DNA of 64,000 nucleotides, taken from assembly GCA_947167455.1 (NCBI GenBank), contig CAMVIB010000013.1, forward strand, positions 882 through 64,881, written 5' to 3'. The notes under the pieces were generated by a model, which saw only the letters and a list, made by a program, of their open reading frames with translations, did no database searches and had not been told where the DNA came from. This document shows positions 9,359 to 17,743 of this stretch, one piece after another. Positions within the stretch are counted from its first letter, which is position 1. Each line of letters opens with the position of its first letter. The stretch comes from an uncultured Prevotellaceae bacterium (GTDB lineage Bacteria > Bacteroidota > Bacteroidia > Bacteroidales > Bacteroidaceae). The position numbers and the translations under genes are program-made.

Positions 9359-9793
9359 TCACTTGACATCTTCGAGGTTCTGTCCGCGCACGGCGTTGAG
9401 AGCCCTGGTGATCTGTGTGGAAGAGATGCCCTTGGTGTAGGGGAAATATACTATCCTGATGCCCTCGGCCTCAAACTGTTTCTCGTACTCGCGCCACTTC
9501 TCGGTGCCGTACCAGTCGTCGCCCACGAAGAGGAACGTCGCCCCGAGCTTCTTGCAGGCAGAGAGCTTGTCCATGTCGTACTGCGGTACGGCAGCATCGA
9601 CGTACTTGATGCTGCGCACGATCTCTATGCGGTCCTCGAAGGGGATCATCGCCTTCTTGCCTTTGTAGGCGACGAGTTCGTCAACGGTGACGCCGACAAT
9701 CAGCTTGTCGCACATGCCCTTGGCATTCTTCAGCAGATTCAGGTGCCCGACATGGAAGAGGTCGTAAACACCCGTCGTATAACCTATTGTCAT
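9359..9793 (-). CDS. Cytidylyltransferase, glycerol-3-phosphate cytidylyltransferase (TagD/TarD)-like
   Basis: MTIGYTTGVYDLFHVGHLNLLKNAK carries the HxGH motif, and the size is TagD-like (144 aa). The start was set at ATG 9793 because the -7 box at 9821..9828 lies inside the longer ORF. Confidence 0.75.
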   Translation of the reverse strand: MTIGYTTGVYDLFHVGHLNLLKNAKGMCDKLIVGVTVDELVAYKGKKAMIPFEDRIEIVRSIKYVDAAVPQYDMDKLSACKKLGATFLFVGDDWYGTEKWREYEKQFEAEGIRIVYFPYTKGISSTQITRALNAVRGQNLEDVK

Positions 9794-9820
9794 GGTGGTG
9801 AAATGAAGCATTACTGTCGG

Positions 9821-9828
9821 CAAAGGTA
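9821..9828 (-). promoter_or_regulatory. -7 promoter box (TAccTTTG)
   Basis: CAAAGGTA on the plus strand lies upstream of ATG 9793. It is part of a divergent promoter region shared with 9903..9910. Confidence 0.55.
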
Positions 9829-9902
9829 GGACAAATCTGCGATATTTTGCCAAAGAATGATAATCTTTTGTGCCAAAAACCTTTTTTTTTATCTTTTTTA
9901 GC

Positions 9903-9910
9903 TAACTTTG
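9903..9910 (+). promoter_or_regulatory. -7 promoter box (TAacTTTG)
   Basis: TAACTTTG follows an A/T-rich tract and lies upstream of the LicD-family gene. Confidence 0.55.
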
Positions 9911-9925
9911 CACGCCGAACACATT

Positions 9926-10810
9926 ATGGTGTGCTCTATCGAGACACCTATACTTATCTCCCCAACCACTATGCAAACGAAGGAACCCGTCGATGCCGAC
10001 GCTCTGAAATCCAGGTTTAACCCCGAAGGCTCCCTGCTGCGCAAGCATCAGATGAGGATGCTGGAGATGGTCAAGGAGCTGGACCGTATCTGCAAGAAGC
10101 ATGACATACCCTATTTCCTGTACGGAGGGACGCTCCTGGGCGCCATCCGCCACAACGGCTTCATCCCCTGGGACGACGACCTCGACGTCGCCGTGCTGCG
10201 TAAGGACTACCTGCGGCTGATGAAGGTCCTGCCTCATGAGCTGCCCGGGCATATCGCCCTGCAGAACAACGACACCGACCCCAACTACTTCTACTTCTTT
10301 GCGAAGCTGCGCGACAGGCATTCGCTGCTCGAGGAGGAATGCCCTTACGACCGTGTCTTCCGCGAGCGCGGCGTATATATCGACATCTTCCCCTTCGACA
10401 AGGTGCGGCTGTGGACGCACCTCGTCGGCGAGCCTCTGCAGGGGCATACTTTCAAGATCTTCCGCACGGCAACCGACCTTCATAGCGCCATGCGCAAGAT
10501 ACGTGCCATCACCTGGGTGAACAAGCACATCACCTTCCCCGTGCTGCGGTTCGTCAGCCGCATCACCCTGGGAGGCACGCTGACCTACGACTACGGCATA
10601 CCCTTCCATATCGTGTATGACGAGCACGACATCTTCCCACTGACGACCCATGAGTTCGAGGGCGTTCAGCTGTCGGTGCCTGCCAACAGCCACCACATGC
10701 TCGAGACGCAGTATGGCGACTACATGCGTCTGCCCGACCTCGACGACATACAAGGTCACGTCAACAAACTGGAATTCTACGATGACCAAGCAACGTCTCG
10801 AATGGCTTGA
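9926..10810 (+). CDS. LicD-family phosphotransferase (transfers a phospho-alcohol from a CDP-alcohol)
   Basis: The motif YFLYGGTLLGAIRHNGFIPWDDDLDVAV is diagnostic of LicD/fukutin-type enzymes. The start is ambiguous. I give the first ATG after the promoter (9926), but ATG 9971 (MQTKEPV) is equally plausible. Confidence 0.8.
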   Translation: MVCSIETPILISPTTMQTKEPVDADALKSRFNPEGSLLRKHQMRMLEMVKELDRICKKHDIPYFLYGGTLLGAIRHNGFIPWDDDLDVAVLRKDYLRLMKVLPHELPGHIALQNNDTDPNYFYFFAKLRDRHSLLEEECPYDRVFRERGVYIDIFPFDKVRLWTHLVGEPLQGHTFKIFRTATDLHSAMRKIRAITWVNKHITFPVLRFVSRITLGGTLTYDYGIPFHIVYDEHDIFPLTTHEFEGVQLSVPANSHHMLETQYGDYMRLPDLDDIQGHVNKLEFYDDQATSRMA

Positions 10811-11816
10811 TGCCATGCGTGGCTTCACCATGCTCATGGTGGTGGCCAACCACATCTACGACTTCGGCTTCGGCACTAACGCCAAGTACTCCATGTTCAT
10901 GTCGCTGTGCCTGCTGTTCAGGATGCCCCTCTTCTTCTTCATCAGCGGCTTCCTGGCCTACAAGGCCGACTTCACGTGGAGCCTGCGCGACACCGGCACG
11001 CTGTTGGTCAAGAAGCTGCGTGTGCAGGTGGTGCCCACGCTGGTGTTCATGACGGCCTACATCGCCCTTCGTGCCAAGCATTTCTGGCCGGAGCTGGCAG
11101 CGGCGTGGGAGAGTCCCACGAAGGGTGGCTACTGGTTCACGCTGGTGCTGCTGGAGATGTTCATTATATACTATATTATAGAGCTCGCCAGCCGCCGCTC
11201 GTCGGTGGCAATCCTGGTGGCGTGGGCCTTGGCCCTTGCGGGCTACGCCACGATGTACATGCCGGCGTGGTTCTCATGGCCTAAGGATTACGTGTGGCAC
11301 CTGACGAGTGTCACGGGTCTGGTGCGCTACTTCCACTTCTTCCTACTGGGCAACATCGTGCATCGCCACTGGGGCAGGGTGCAGCGGCTGCTCGACTCAG
11401 CATGGCTCTACCCGCTGCTCATAGCGGTGGCCTTCATGGGCGCTGCCGACTACCTCAACTGGCACACCCTGCGCCTGCAGTGGGCCAACCTGCCCCGCAC
11501 GCTGGCCATGTATGCGCTGGTGGTGCTCATCTTCGCCTTCTTCCGCCACTACGCCGGGTGGTTCGGCAAGGACCGCCGCATCGGCGCCGCCATGCAGTAT
11601 GTCGGCGTGCGCACCCTCGACATCTATCTCATCCACTACTTCTTCATACCCAGGGTGCCCGCCGTGGGGGCATGGTTCAAGGCCAACCCCGGCAACTTCG
11701 TGCTCGAAGGCACTGCTGCCATCGCCGTGGCACTGCTCGTGACGGCCTTTGCCCTGCTCACGAGCCACGTGCTCAGGGTGAGCCCGCTACTCAAGCGGTG
11801 GCTCTTCGGCAGATGA
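10782..11816 (+). CDS. Acyltransferase family 3 integral membrane protein (probable O-acyl/acetyltransferase)
   Basis: The start MTKQRLEWLDAMRGFTMLMVVANH is the typical acyltransferase_3 N-terminus. The rest is multi-pass hydrophobic. It overlaps the LicD stop by 29 nt. The track start at 10650 is an upstream extension. Confidence 0.8.
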   Translation: MTKQRLEWLDAMRGFTMLMVVANHIYDFGFGTNAKYSMFMSLCLLFRMPLFFFISGFLAYKADFTWSLRDTGTLLVKKLRVQVVPTLVFMTAYIALRAKHFWPELAAAWESPTKGGYWFTLVLLEMFIIYYIIELASRRSSVAILVAWALALAGYATMYMPAWFSWPKDYVWHLTSVTGLVRYFHFFLLGNIVHRHWGRVQRLLDSAWLYPLLIAVAFMGAADYLNWHTLRLQWANLPRTLAMYALVVLIFAFFRHYAGWFGKDRRIGAAMQYVGVRTLDIYLIHYFFIPRVPAVGAWFKANPGNFVLEGTAAIAVALLVTAFALLTSHVLRVSPLLKRWLFGR

Positions 11817-11890
11817 CAGTGCCTGTAGTCTTTCCACCCCTACGGGGTTACTCCCGAAACTTGAATAACCTTAACCATCAACCCCGCCAC

Positions 11891-12877
11891 ATGTCAGCAT
11901 CACCCGTAGCACTCTTCGTATATAACCGGGCCGACAACACCCGCCACACCCTCGAAGCGCTAATGGCCAACACCCTCGCGCCGCAGACCGAGGTCTATGT
12001 CTTCTCTGACGGAGGGCGCGACGACGCCTCATGGGCCCTCGTGGGCGAGGTGCGGCGCCTGCTCCGTGAGGTGGAGGCCCGTGTGCGCGCCACCCATGCC
12101 TTGCGCGCCCTGCACATCATAGAGCGTCCCGTCAACTACTACCTCGAGCGCAACGTCATCGAGGGCATAGCCTACGTCCTGGAGCGACATCCCACCATCA
12201 TCGTGCTCGAGGACGACATCGTCACGTCGCCCTACTTCCTCGACTACATGAACACCGCCTTCGACATCTACCGTGACGAGCCGCGTGTGATGCATGTGTC
12301 GGGCTTCACACGCGTGGTGCGCGGTGAAGAGTCCATTGGCGGCAACACCTACTTCACACGCTTCATGGCGGGCTGGGGCTGGGGCACGTGGGCCGACCGC
12401 TGGCACAAGCACTTCCGCCACTACACATCGAGGGCCGAGGCGCTCTCCGGACTCACCCCCGCCGACATCAGCACGATAGAGTATGGCGGCCGCTTCCACT
12501 GCCTGCAGCACCTCGACCACGACCCCATCCCGTGGGACGTGTGCTGGCTCATTGCCATCTATCGTGCTGAAGGGCTGTGCCTGACGCCCATGCAGACCCT
12601 GGTGCGCAACATAGGGCTCGACGCCGGCACGCACTTCAGCGCCCTCGACCTGCGCCTCAACATCTGCGGCCGAAGCCTTAACATACCCCTCTCGCGACTC
12701 ATACAGAGCTATGAGTTCGACCTGCCGCCGCGACAGTTGCCGCTGCCCGTGACGTATGCCAGGCCACAGCTCGACGCCGCCACCGAGGAGGCCGTGGGCG
12801 AGGCCCTGCGCGACTGGGGCATACGCTACACGCCCCTCGGCAAGCTCCTGCGACGGGTCAAGCACAGGCTCGGCTGA
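11891..12877 (+). CDS. GT-A fold glycosyltransferase, GnT-I (GT13)-like
   Basis: The start is MSASPVALFVYNRADNTRHTLEALMAN and the DxD-like motif is IIVLEDDIVTSPYFLDY. The track ORF from 11294 is an out-of-context extension overlapping the acyltransferase. Confidence 0.6.
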   Translation: MSASPVALFVYNRADNTRHTLEALMANTLAPQTEVYVFSDGGRDDASWALVGEVRRLLREVEARVRATHALRALHIIERPVNYYLERNVIEGIAYVLERHPTIIVLEDDIVTSPYFLDYMNTAFDIYRDEPRVMHVSGFTRVVRGEESIGGNTYFTRFMAGWGWGTWADRWHKHFRHYTSRAEALSGLTPADISTIEYGGRFHCLQHLDHDPIPWDVCWLIAIYRAEGLCLTPMQTLVRNIGLDAGTHFSALDLRLNICGRSLNIPLSRLIQSYEFDLPPRQLPLPVTYARPQLDAATEEAVGEALRDWGIRYTPLGKLLRRVKHRLG

Positions 12878-12954
12878 CACTCAAGCATTAACAGTGGCTC
12901 ATGCCCCTGGCCGTGATGAGCCCCACCTCGGGGTCACACCTCGGATATATTAAT

Positions 12955-13213
12955 ATGATTATCCGCAATCGTACCACCAAGACGCTGGAAGCGTCTCCTC
13001 TCAATAACCGGGGGTGCGCAGTACCCCCGGATAGGGACAAAAAGGGGAACATCGACCCTGAAGGGGTCGCCCATTACGCTGTTCGGGCACTCTTTCAGAG
13101 TGCTTGCCTCTATAGAGCTTGTTATCCGGGGGTGCTCGCTACGCTCGTACCCTCGGTTACCAAAGCGAAGACCGCGTTGCGGTCTCTTTGGTGGTATGAT
13201 TGCGGATAATCAT
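12955..13213. mobile_element. MITE-like, highly structured 259-bp element with 26-bp terminal inverted repeats
   Basis: ATGATTATCCGCAATCGTACCACCAA (12955..12980) pairs with TTGGTGGTATGATTGCGGATAATCAT (13188..13213) with 1 mismatch. The element has AT-rich flanks. The interior has paired CCGGGGGT..ACCC(C/T)CGG hairpins and subterminal hairpins (GACGC-tggaa-GCGTC and AGACCGC-gtt-GCGGTCT). It has no ORF. Confidence 0.6.
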
Positions 13214-13230
13214 TATAATTAATTCTCTAT

Positions 13231-13292
13231 GCGCTCGACCTTTGGTCGCTTCGACACTTCTTTACAGAGCGAAGCGACCAGAGGTCGAGCGC
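13231..13292. repeat. Long hairpin with a 23-bp stem
   Basis: GCGCTCGACCTTTGGTCGCTTCG (13231..13253) pairs with CGAAGCGACCAGAGGTCGAGCGC (13270..13292). There is one T:G position and a 16-nt loop. It lies immediately after the MITE-like element. Confidence 0.8.
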
Positions 13293-13590
13293 GAAGAATT
13301 ATCTTTGTCTGCTCTTGTCTCTTTTTGGATAATCTCGGCTGCGGCTCGGGCATTAAAGCATGCTTTATGCCGCTCACCTTGCACGAGATTTCGGCATCTT
13401 TCGCTTCAAGTCCTTGGGACGTAGCCCGCTACGCCCCGGTGGCCTTGAAACAAGAGCTGCCCGGAAATAGCCTAAGAGCAATCCAGAGCCAGTTTATAGA
13501 ACCCACCATGAATCATTAATCATTTCGGCGTAATTCGATGCCGCAGTCAAAAAACTTGCGCTTTTATTCGTCTCTTTCACAAAGATTCAC

Positions 13591-13598
13591 TACTTTTG
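13591..13598 (+). promoter_or_regulatory. -7 promoter box (TActTTTG)
   Basis: TACTTTTG lies 49 nt upstream of ATG 13647. Confidence 0.55.
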
Positions 13599-13646
13599 CG
13601 GCGCATTTCGCACTATGTCTTAGTCACGACACATTGTTACAACCTT

Positions 13647-16600
13647 ATGAAGAACTTCCGTCTTATCGACAACCTGCTGGGATGGCTCGCCTTTGCCATC
13701 GCAGCTTTCACCTATTGCTCCACGGTAGAACCCACGGCATCGTTCTGGGACTGCCCCGAGTTCATCACCACGGCTCATAAGCTCGAAGTGGGTCACCCGC
13801 CAGGGGCACCCTTCTTCATGCTCACCGGCAACCTCTTCACGCAGCTCACCTCCGACACCACGAAGGTGGCACTCATGGTCAACATCATGAATGCGTTGCT
13901 CAGCGCCCTCACCATAATGTTCCTCTTCTGGACCATCTCGCACCTCGCGCGCAAGCTGGTGTGCGACAAGGGCTGGGTGCAGACCCCTGCGCAGCTCATT
14001 GCCATCGAAGGGTCTGCCATGACGGGCGCCCTGGCCTACTGCTGGAGCGACACGTTCTGGTACTCGGCCGTCGAGGGCGAGGTGTATGCCTACTCGAGTC
14101 TCTTCACCGCACTCGTCTTCTGGCTGATGCTGAAGTGGGAGGACAATGCCGACAAGCCGCACAGCGACCGCTGGCTCATTCTCATTGCCTATCTCACAGG
14201 CCTCAGCATCGGCGTGCACCTGCTCAACCTGCTGTGCCTGCCGGCCATCGTGCTGGTGTATTACTACAAGCGCTCGTCCGACGCCACCCTCAAGGGCAGC
14301 ATCTATGCGCTGCTGGGCTCCTTCGTCCTCGTGGCAGCGGTGCTCTACGGCATCGTGCCGGGCATCGTGAAGGTGGGCGGTTGGTTTGAGCTGCTCTTCG
14401 TCAACGGCATGTCGTTGCCCTTCAACAGCGGCCTCATCACCTACATCTTCCTCCTCGTGGCAGCCGTGCTATGGGCCATCTGGGAGACCGAGAAGGTCAA
14501 GGACCTGGGTGCCATGGCTGCCGCCAACGGCGGCGCACTGCCTCCCTCGGCAGGCCGCCACATTTCGCTGGCACGCCTCTCCTTCCTCCTCGCCGTGGCC
14601 ATGCTGGGCATACCCTTCTACGGCTACGGCTGGAAGAGCATCGCCATCGGCATCGCCATCCTGGCCGCACTCTATGTGCTGCTCACCTGGCGGCGCGACG
14701 GCCAGCCCCTGGTGTCGCCGCGCGTGATGAACACCTCGCTGCTGTGCATGCTCATGATCATGGTGGGCTACTCGTCATACGCACTCATCGTCATACGCTC
14801 CACGGCCAACACGCCCATGGACCAGAACTCGCCCGAGGACATCTTCACCCTCGGCAGCTATCTCAACCGCGAGCAGTATGGCAGCCGCCCGCTCTTCTAC
14901 GGTCAGGCCTACACCTCGCAGCCCAAGCTCAAGGCCGAAGGCGGCTACTGCGTGCCGGTGTCCGAGCAGGGCGCTCCCGTCTATCAGCGCAAGGAGAAGG
15001 CCACCCCCGACGAGCCCGACCGCTACGAGATACAGCGCTACGACCAGGAGTACGTCTATGCGCAGAACATGCTCTTCCCCCGCATGTACAGCGACCGCCA
15101 TGCCTCGGCCTACGAGTCGTGGCTGGGCGGCGTCGAGGGCTCGCAGGTGCCTTACGACCGCTGCGGCGAGCCCATGATGGTGAAGATGCCGTCGCAGCTC
15201 GAGAACATACGCTTCTTCCTCTCCTACCAGGTCAACTTCATGTACTGGCGCTACTTCCTCTGGAACTTCGCCGGCCGTCAGAATGACATCCAGGGCAACG
15301 GCGAACTCGAGCACGGCAACTGGCTCACGGGCATATCCTTCATCGACAACCTGCGCCTCGGCGACCAGAGCCTGCTGCCCACCGAGCTGCGCGAGAACAA
15401 GGGGCGCAACGTCTTCTTCTGCCTGCCGCTGCTGCTCGGACTCATCGGGCTGCTGTGGCAGACCATGACACCCGGCGTGGGGCGCGAGTCGCGCGGCGAT
15501 GCCGGCATCAAGCAGTTCTGGGTCGTCTTCTTCCTCTTTTTCATGACGGGCCTCGCCATAGTGGTCTATCTCAACCAGACACCACAGCAGCCGCGCGAGC
15601 GCGACTACGCCTACGCCGGCTCGTTCTACGCCTTTGCCATCTGGATAGGTCTCGGCGTGACAGCCATCGCCGACTGGATAGGACGTCTCATCAACAAGAC
15701 ATCGGAAAGCATCACCATCCCCGGAGCCGCCGTGGCACTGCTGTGCCTGCTCGTGCCGGTGCAGATGGTGTCGCAGACATGGGACGACCACGACCGCAGC
15801 GAGCGCTACACCTGCCGCGACTTCGGCCAGAACTACCTCATGAGCCTTCAGGACGAGGGCAACCCCATCATCTTCACCAACGGCGACAACGACACCTTCC
15901 CGCTCTGGTACAACCAGGAGACGGAGGGTGTGCGCACCGATGCCCGCGTCTGCAACCTCTCGTACCTGCAGACCGACTGGTACATCGACCAGATGCGCCG
16001 TCCGGCCTACGACTCGCCCAGCGTGCCCATCTCGTGGCGCAGGATAGACTACGTCGCCGGCACACGCGAGGGTATACGCGTCAGCCCCGGCACTCTCGAG
16101 AAAGCCATCGAATACACCCGCAACGACCCCGCTGCACAGCGCGAGCTCCTCGGCGACAACCCCTATGAGCTCACCAACATCATCGACAAGTGGATCCTCA
16201 GCCCCAACCCCGACATGCAGATCTTCCCCACAGACAGCATCGTCGTCACCATCGACAAGGAGGCCGTGCGACGCAGTGGCATGATGATGGCCGCCGACAG
16301 CATCCCCGACGTCATGCACATAAACCTCAAGGGCAAGCGCGCCATCTACAAGAACGAGATGATGATGTACGAGATGATAGCCCGCTGCAACTGGGAGCGT
16401 CCTCTCTACGTCGCCATGACCGTGGGTTCTGACAACTACGGCAACCTCGGCGACAACTTCGTGCAGGAGGGTCTGGCCAACCGCATCACGCCCTTCAACA
16501 CGAAGTCCAGCGGCCGTCGCATCGATGCCGACCGCATGTACGACAACCTCATGAACCGCTTCCGCTTCGGCGGCATCGACAAGGACGGCATCTACCTCGA

Positions 16601-17027
16601 CGAGACGGTGATGCGCATGTGCGTGACGCACCGCCGCATCTTCGCCCTGCTCGCCACGCAACTCATGCGCGACGGCGACAACCAGCGCCTGCGCCCGCTC
16701 CTCGAGAAGGTGGGGCAGGTCATCCCCGAGAAGAACGTGCCGCACAGCTATGCCAGCGGCTCACTCGAACTCGCGGCAGCATGGCTCTCGCTCAACGACA
16801 ACAGCGAGGCAGCACACATCGCCTCTGCCGTCGCCACCACGGCGTCAGAGTACCTCGAATGGTACGCCCACCTGCCACAGCGGCAGCAGACGCTCAACGA
16901 GAACGAGATTCTCTACTACTTCTACCAGCTCAGTGATGCCGTGAAGATCCTCGAGAAATGCGACGCCGACGCCGCAGCACGCTTTGAGCAGCGCCTCAAG
17001 GGCCTCGCCGCAAGCCTCGATGCCTGA
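13647..17027 (+). CDS. DUF2723 / GT-C-type (protein O-mannosyltransferase-like) large membrane glycosyltransferase
   Basis: The start is MKNFRLIDNLLGWLAFAIAAFTYCSTVEPTASFWDCPEFITTAHKLEVGHPPGAPFF, a characteristic DUF2723 N-terminus. It is followed by many TM segments and a large soluble C-terminal part. Confidence 0.8.
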   Translation: MKNFRLIDNLLGWLAFAIAAFTYCSTVEPTASFWDCPEFITTAHKLEVGHPPGAPFFMLTGNLFTQLTSDTTKVALMVNIMNALLSALTIMFLFWTISHLARKLVCDKGWVQTPAQLIAIEGSAMTGALAYCWSDTFWYSAVEGEVYAYSSLFTALVFWLMLKWEDNADKPHSDRWLILIAYLTGLSIGVHLLNLLCLPAIVLVYYYKRSSDATLKGSIYALLGSFVLVAAVLYGIVPGIVKVGGWFELLFVNGMSLPFNSGLITYIFLLVAAVLWAIWETEKVKDLGAMAAANGGALPPSAGRHISLARLSFLLAVAMLGIPFYGYGWKSIAIGIAILAALYVLLTWRRDGQPLVSPRVMNTSLLCMLMIMVGYSSYALIVIRSTANTPMDQNSPEDIFTLGSYLNREQYGSRPLFYGQAYTSQPKLKAEGGYCVPVSEQGAPVYQRKEKATPDEPDRYEIQRYDQEYVYAQNMLFPRMYSDRHASAYESWLGGVEGSQVPYDRCGEPMMVKMPSQLENIRFFLSYQVNFMYWRYFLWNFAGRQNDIQGNGELEHGNWLTGISFIDNLRLGDQSLLPTELRENKGRNVFFCLPLLLGLIGLLWQTMTPGVGRESRGDAGIKQFWVVFFLFFMTGLAIVVYLNQTPQQPRERDYAYAGSFYAFAIWIGLGVTAIADWIGRLINKTSESITIPGAAVALLCLLVPVQMVSQTWDDHDRSERYTCRDFGQNYLMSLQDEGNPIIFTNGDNDTFPLWYNQETEGVRTDARVCNLSYLQTDWYIDQMRRPAYDSPSVPISWRRIDYVAGTREGIRVSPGTLEKAIEYTRNDPAAQRELLGDNPYELTNIIDKWILSPNPDMQIFPTDSIVVTIDKEAVRRSGMMMAADSIPDVMHINLKGKRAIYKNEMMMYEMIARCNWERPLYVAMTVGSDNYGNLGDNFVQEGLANRITPFNTKSSGRRIDADRMYDNLMNRFRFGGIDKDGIYLDETVMRMCVTHRRIFALLATQLMRDGDNQRLRPLLEKVGQVIPEKNVPHSYASGSLELAAAWLSLNDNSEAAHIASAVATTASEYLEWYAHLPQRQQTLNENEILYYFYQLSDAVKILEKCDADAAARFEQRLKGLAASLDA

Positions 17028-17068
17028 GAGCCGACCCCCCCACACACCACCGCCACACACAGCACAAC

Positions 17069-17734
17069 GTGTTCATAGAGCAGCCCGCACGCTTCCTGCG
17101 CTGGATATATCCCAACGCCATCTGGAGGATGGACCCGTCGGAGAAGGCCGTTTACCTCACCTTCGACGACGGCCCCATCCCCGAGGCTACGCCCTTCGTG
17201 CTCGACGTGCTGCGCCGCTACGGCATACGTGCCACCTTCTTCGTCGTGGGCGACAACGTGCGCAAGCATCCCGACATATTCCGTCAGGTGGTGGAGGCAG
17301 GACACCGCATCGGCAACCACACCTTCAACCACATCGGTGGCTTCCGATGGCCGTCAGACAAGTACCTCAGCAATACCGACAAGGCTCAGGAGATTATTGA
17401 GAGCATGATGCCTGCGGCCGGAGACGCGCCGGCGCAGCCTGCCACTGCGCCGGCACCGCTCTTCCGCCCTCCGCACGGGTGGATGCGCACCATGCAGTAC
17501 AAAGTGATACGCCACTACGGCTACAAAATCATCATGTGGGACCTCGTGACGCGCGACTACAGCCGTCGGCTCACTGCCGACGACGTGCTTGCCAATGTGA
17601 AGCGCTATGCCCGCAACGGGTCCATCATCACCTTCCACGACTCACTGCGCAGCATCGACAAGCTGCACATCATGCTGCCCGAGGCCATAGAATGGCTCCT
17701 CGCGCAGGGCTACACCTTCCGTGTCTTCGACTGA
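17069..17734 (+). CDS. Polysaccharide deacetylase (NodB homology, CE4)
   Basis: The ORF has a GTG start. The motifs are LTFDDGP and HRIGNHTFNH. Confidence 0.8.
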   Translation: MFIEQPARFLRWIYPNAIWRMDPSEKAVYLTFDDGPIPEATPFVLDVLRRYGIRATFFVVGDNVRKHPDIFRQVVEAGHRIGNHTFNHIGGFRWPSDKYLSNTDKAQEIIESMMPAAGDAPAQPATAPAPLFRPPHGWMRTMQYKVIRHYGYKIIMWDLVTRDYSRRLTADDVLANVKRYARNGSIITFHDSLRSIDKLHIMLPEAIEWLLAQGYTFRVFD

Positions 17735-17743
17735 AGGCCGTGC

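Noticed and set aside
12955-13213. An invertible promoter (inverton) controlling the downstream DUF2723 gene
   Set aside because: The size and the inverted repeats fit. However, I found no TAnnTTTG box on either strand inside the element, the interior is GC-rich hairpins, and no site-specific recombinase is nearby. The DUF2723 gene has its own -7 box at 13591.
14775-16745. Long antisense ORFs: this 656-aa one, plus 6295..7563, 9902..10855, 19285..20445, 21853..22776, 24833..25963, 29528..30649 and 62281..63453
   Set aside because: Each lies entirely opposite a gene with strong family motifs. They have the Ala/Gly/Val/Asp/His/Arg-rich composition typical of antisense frames in GC-rich DNA, and they lack motifs, signal peptides and promoters.
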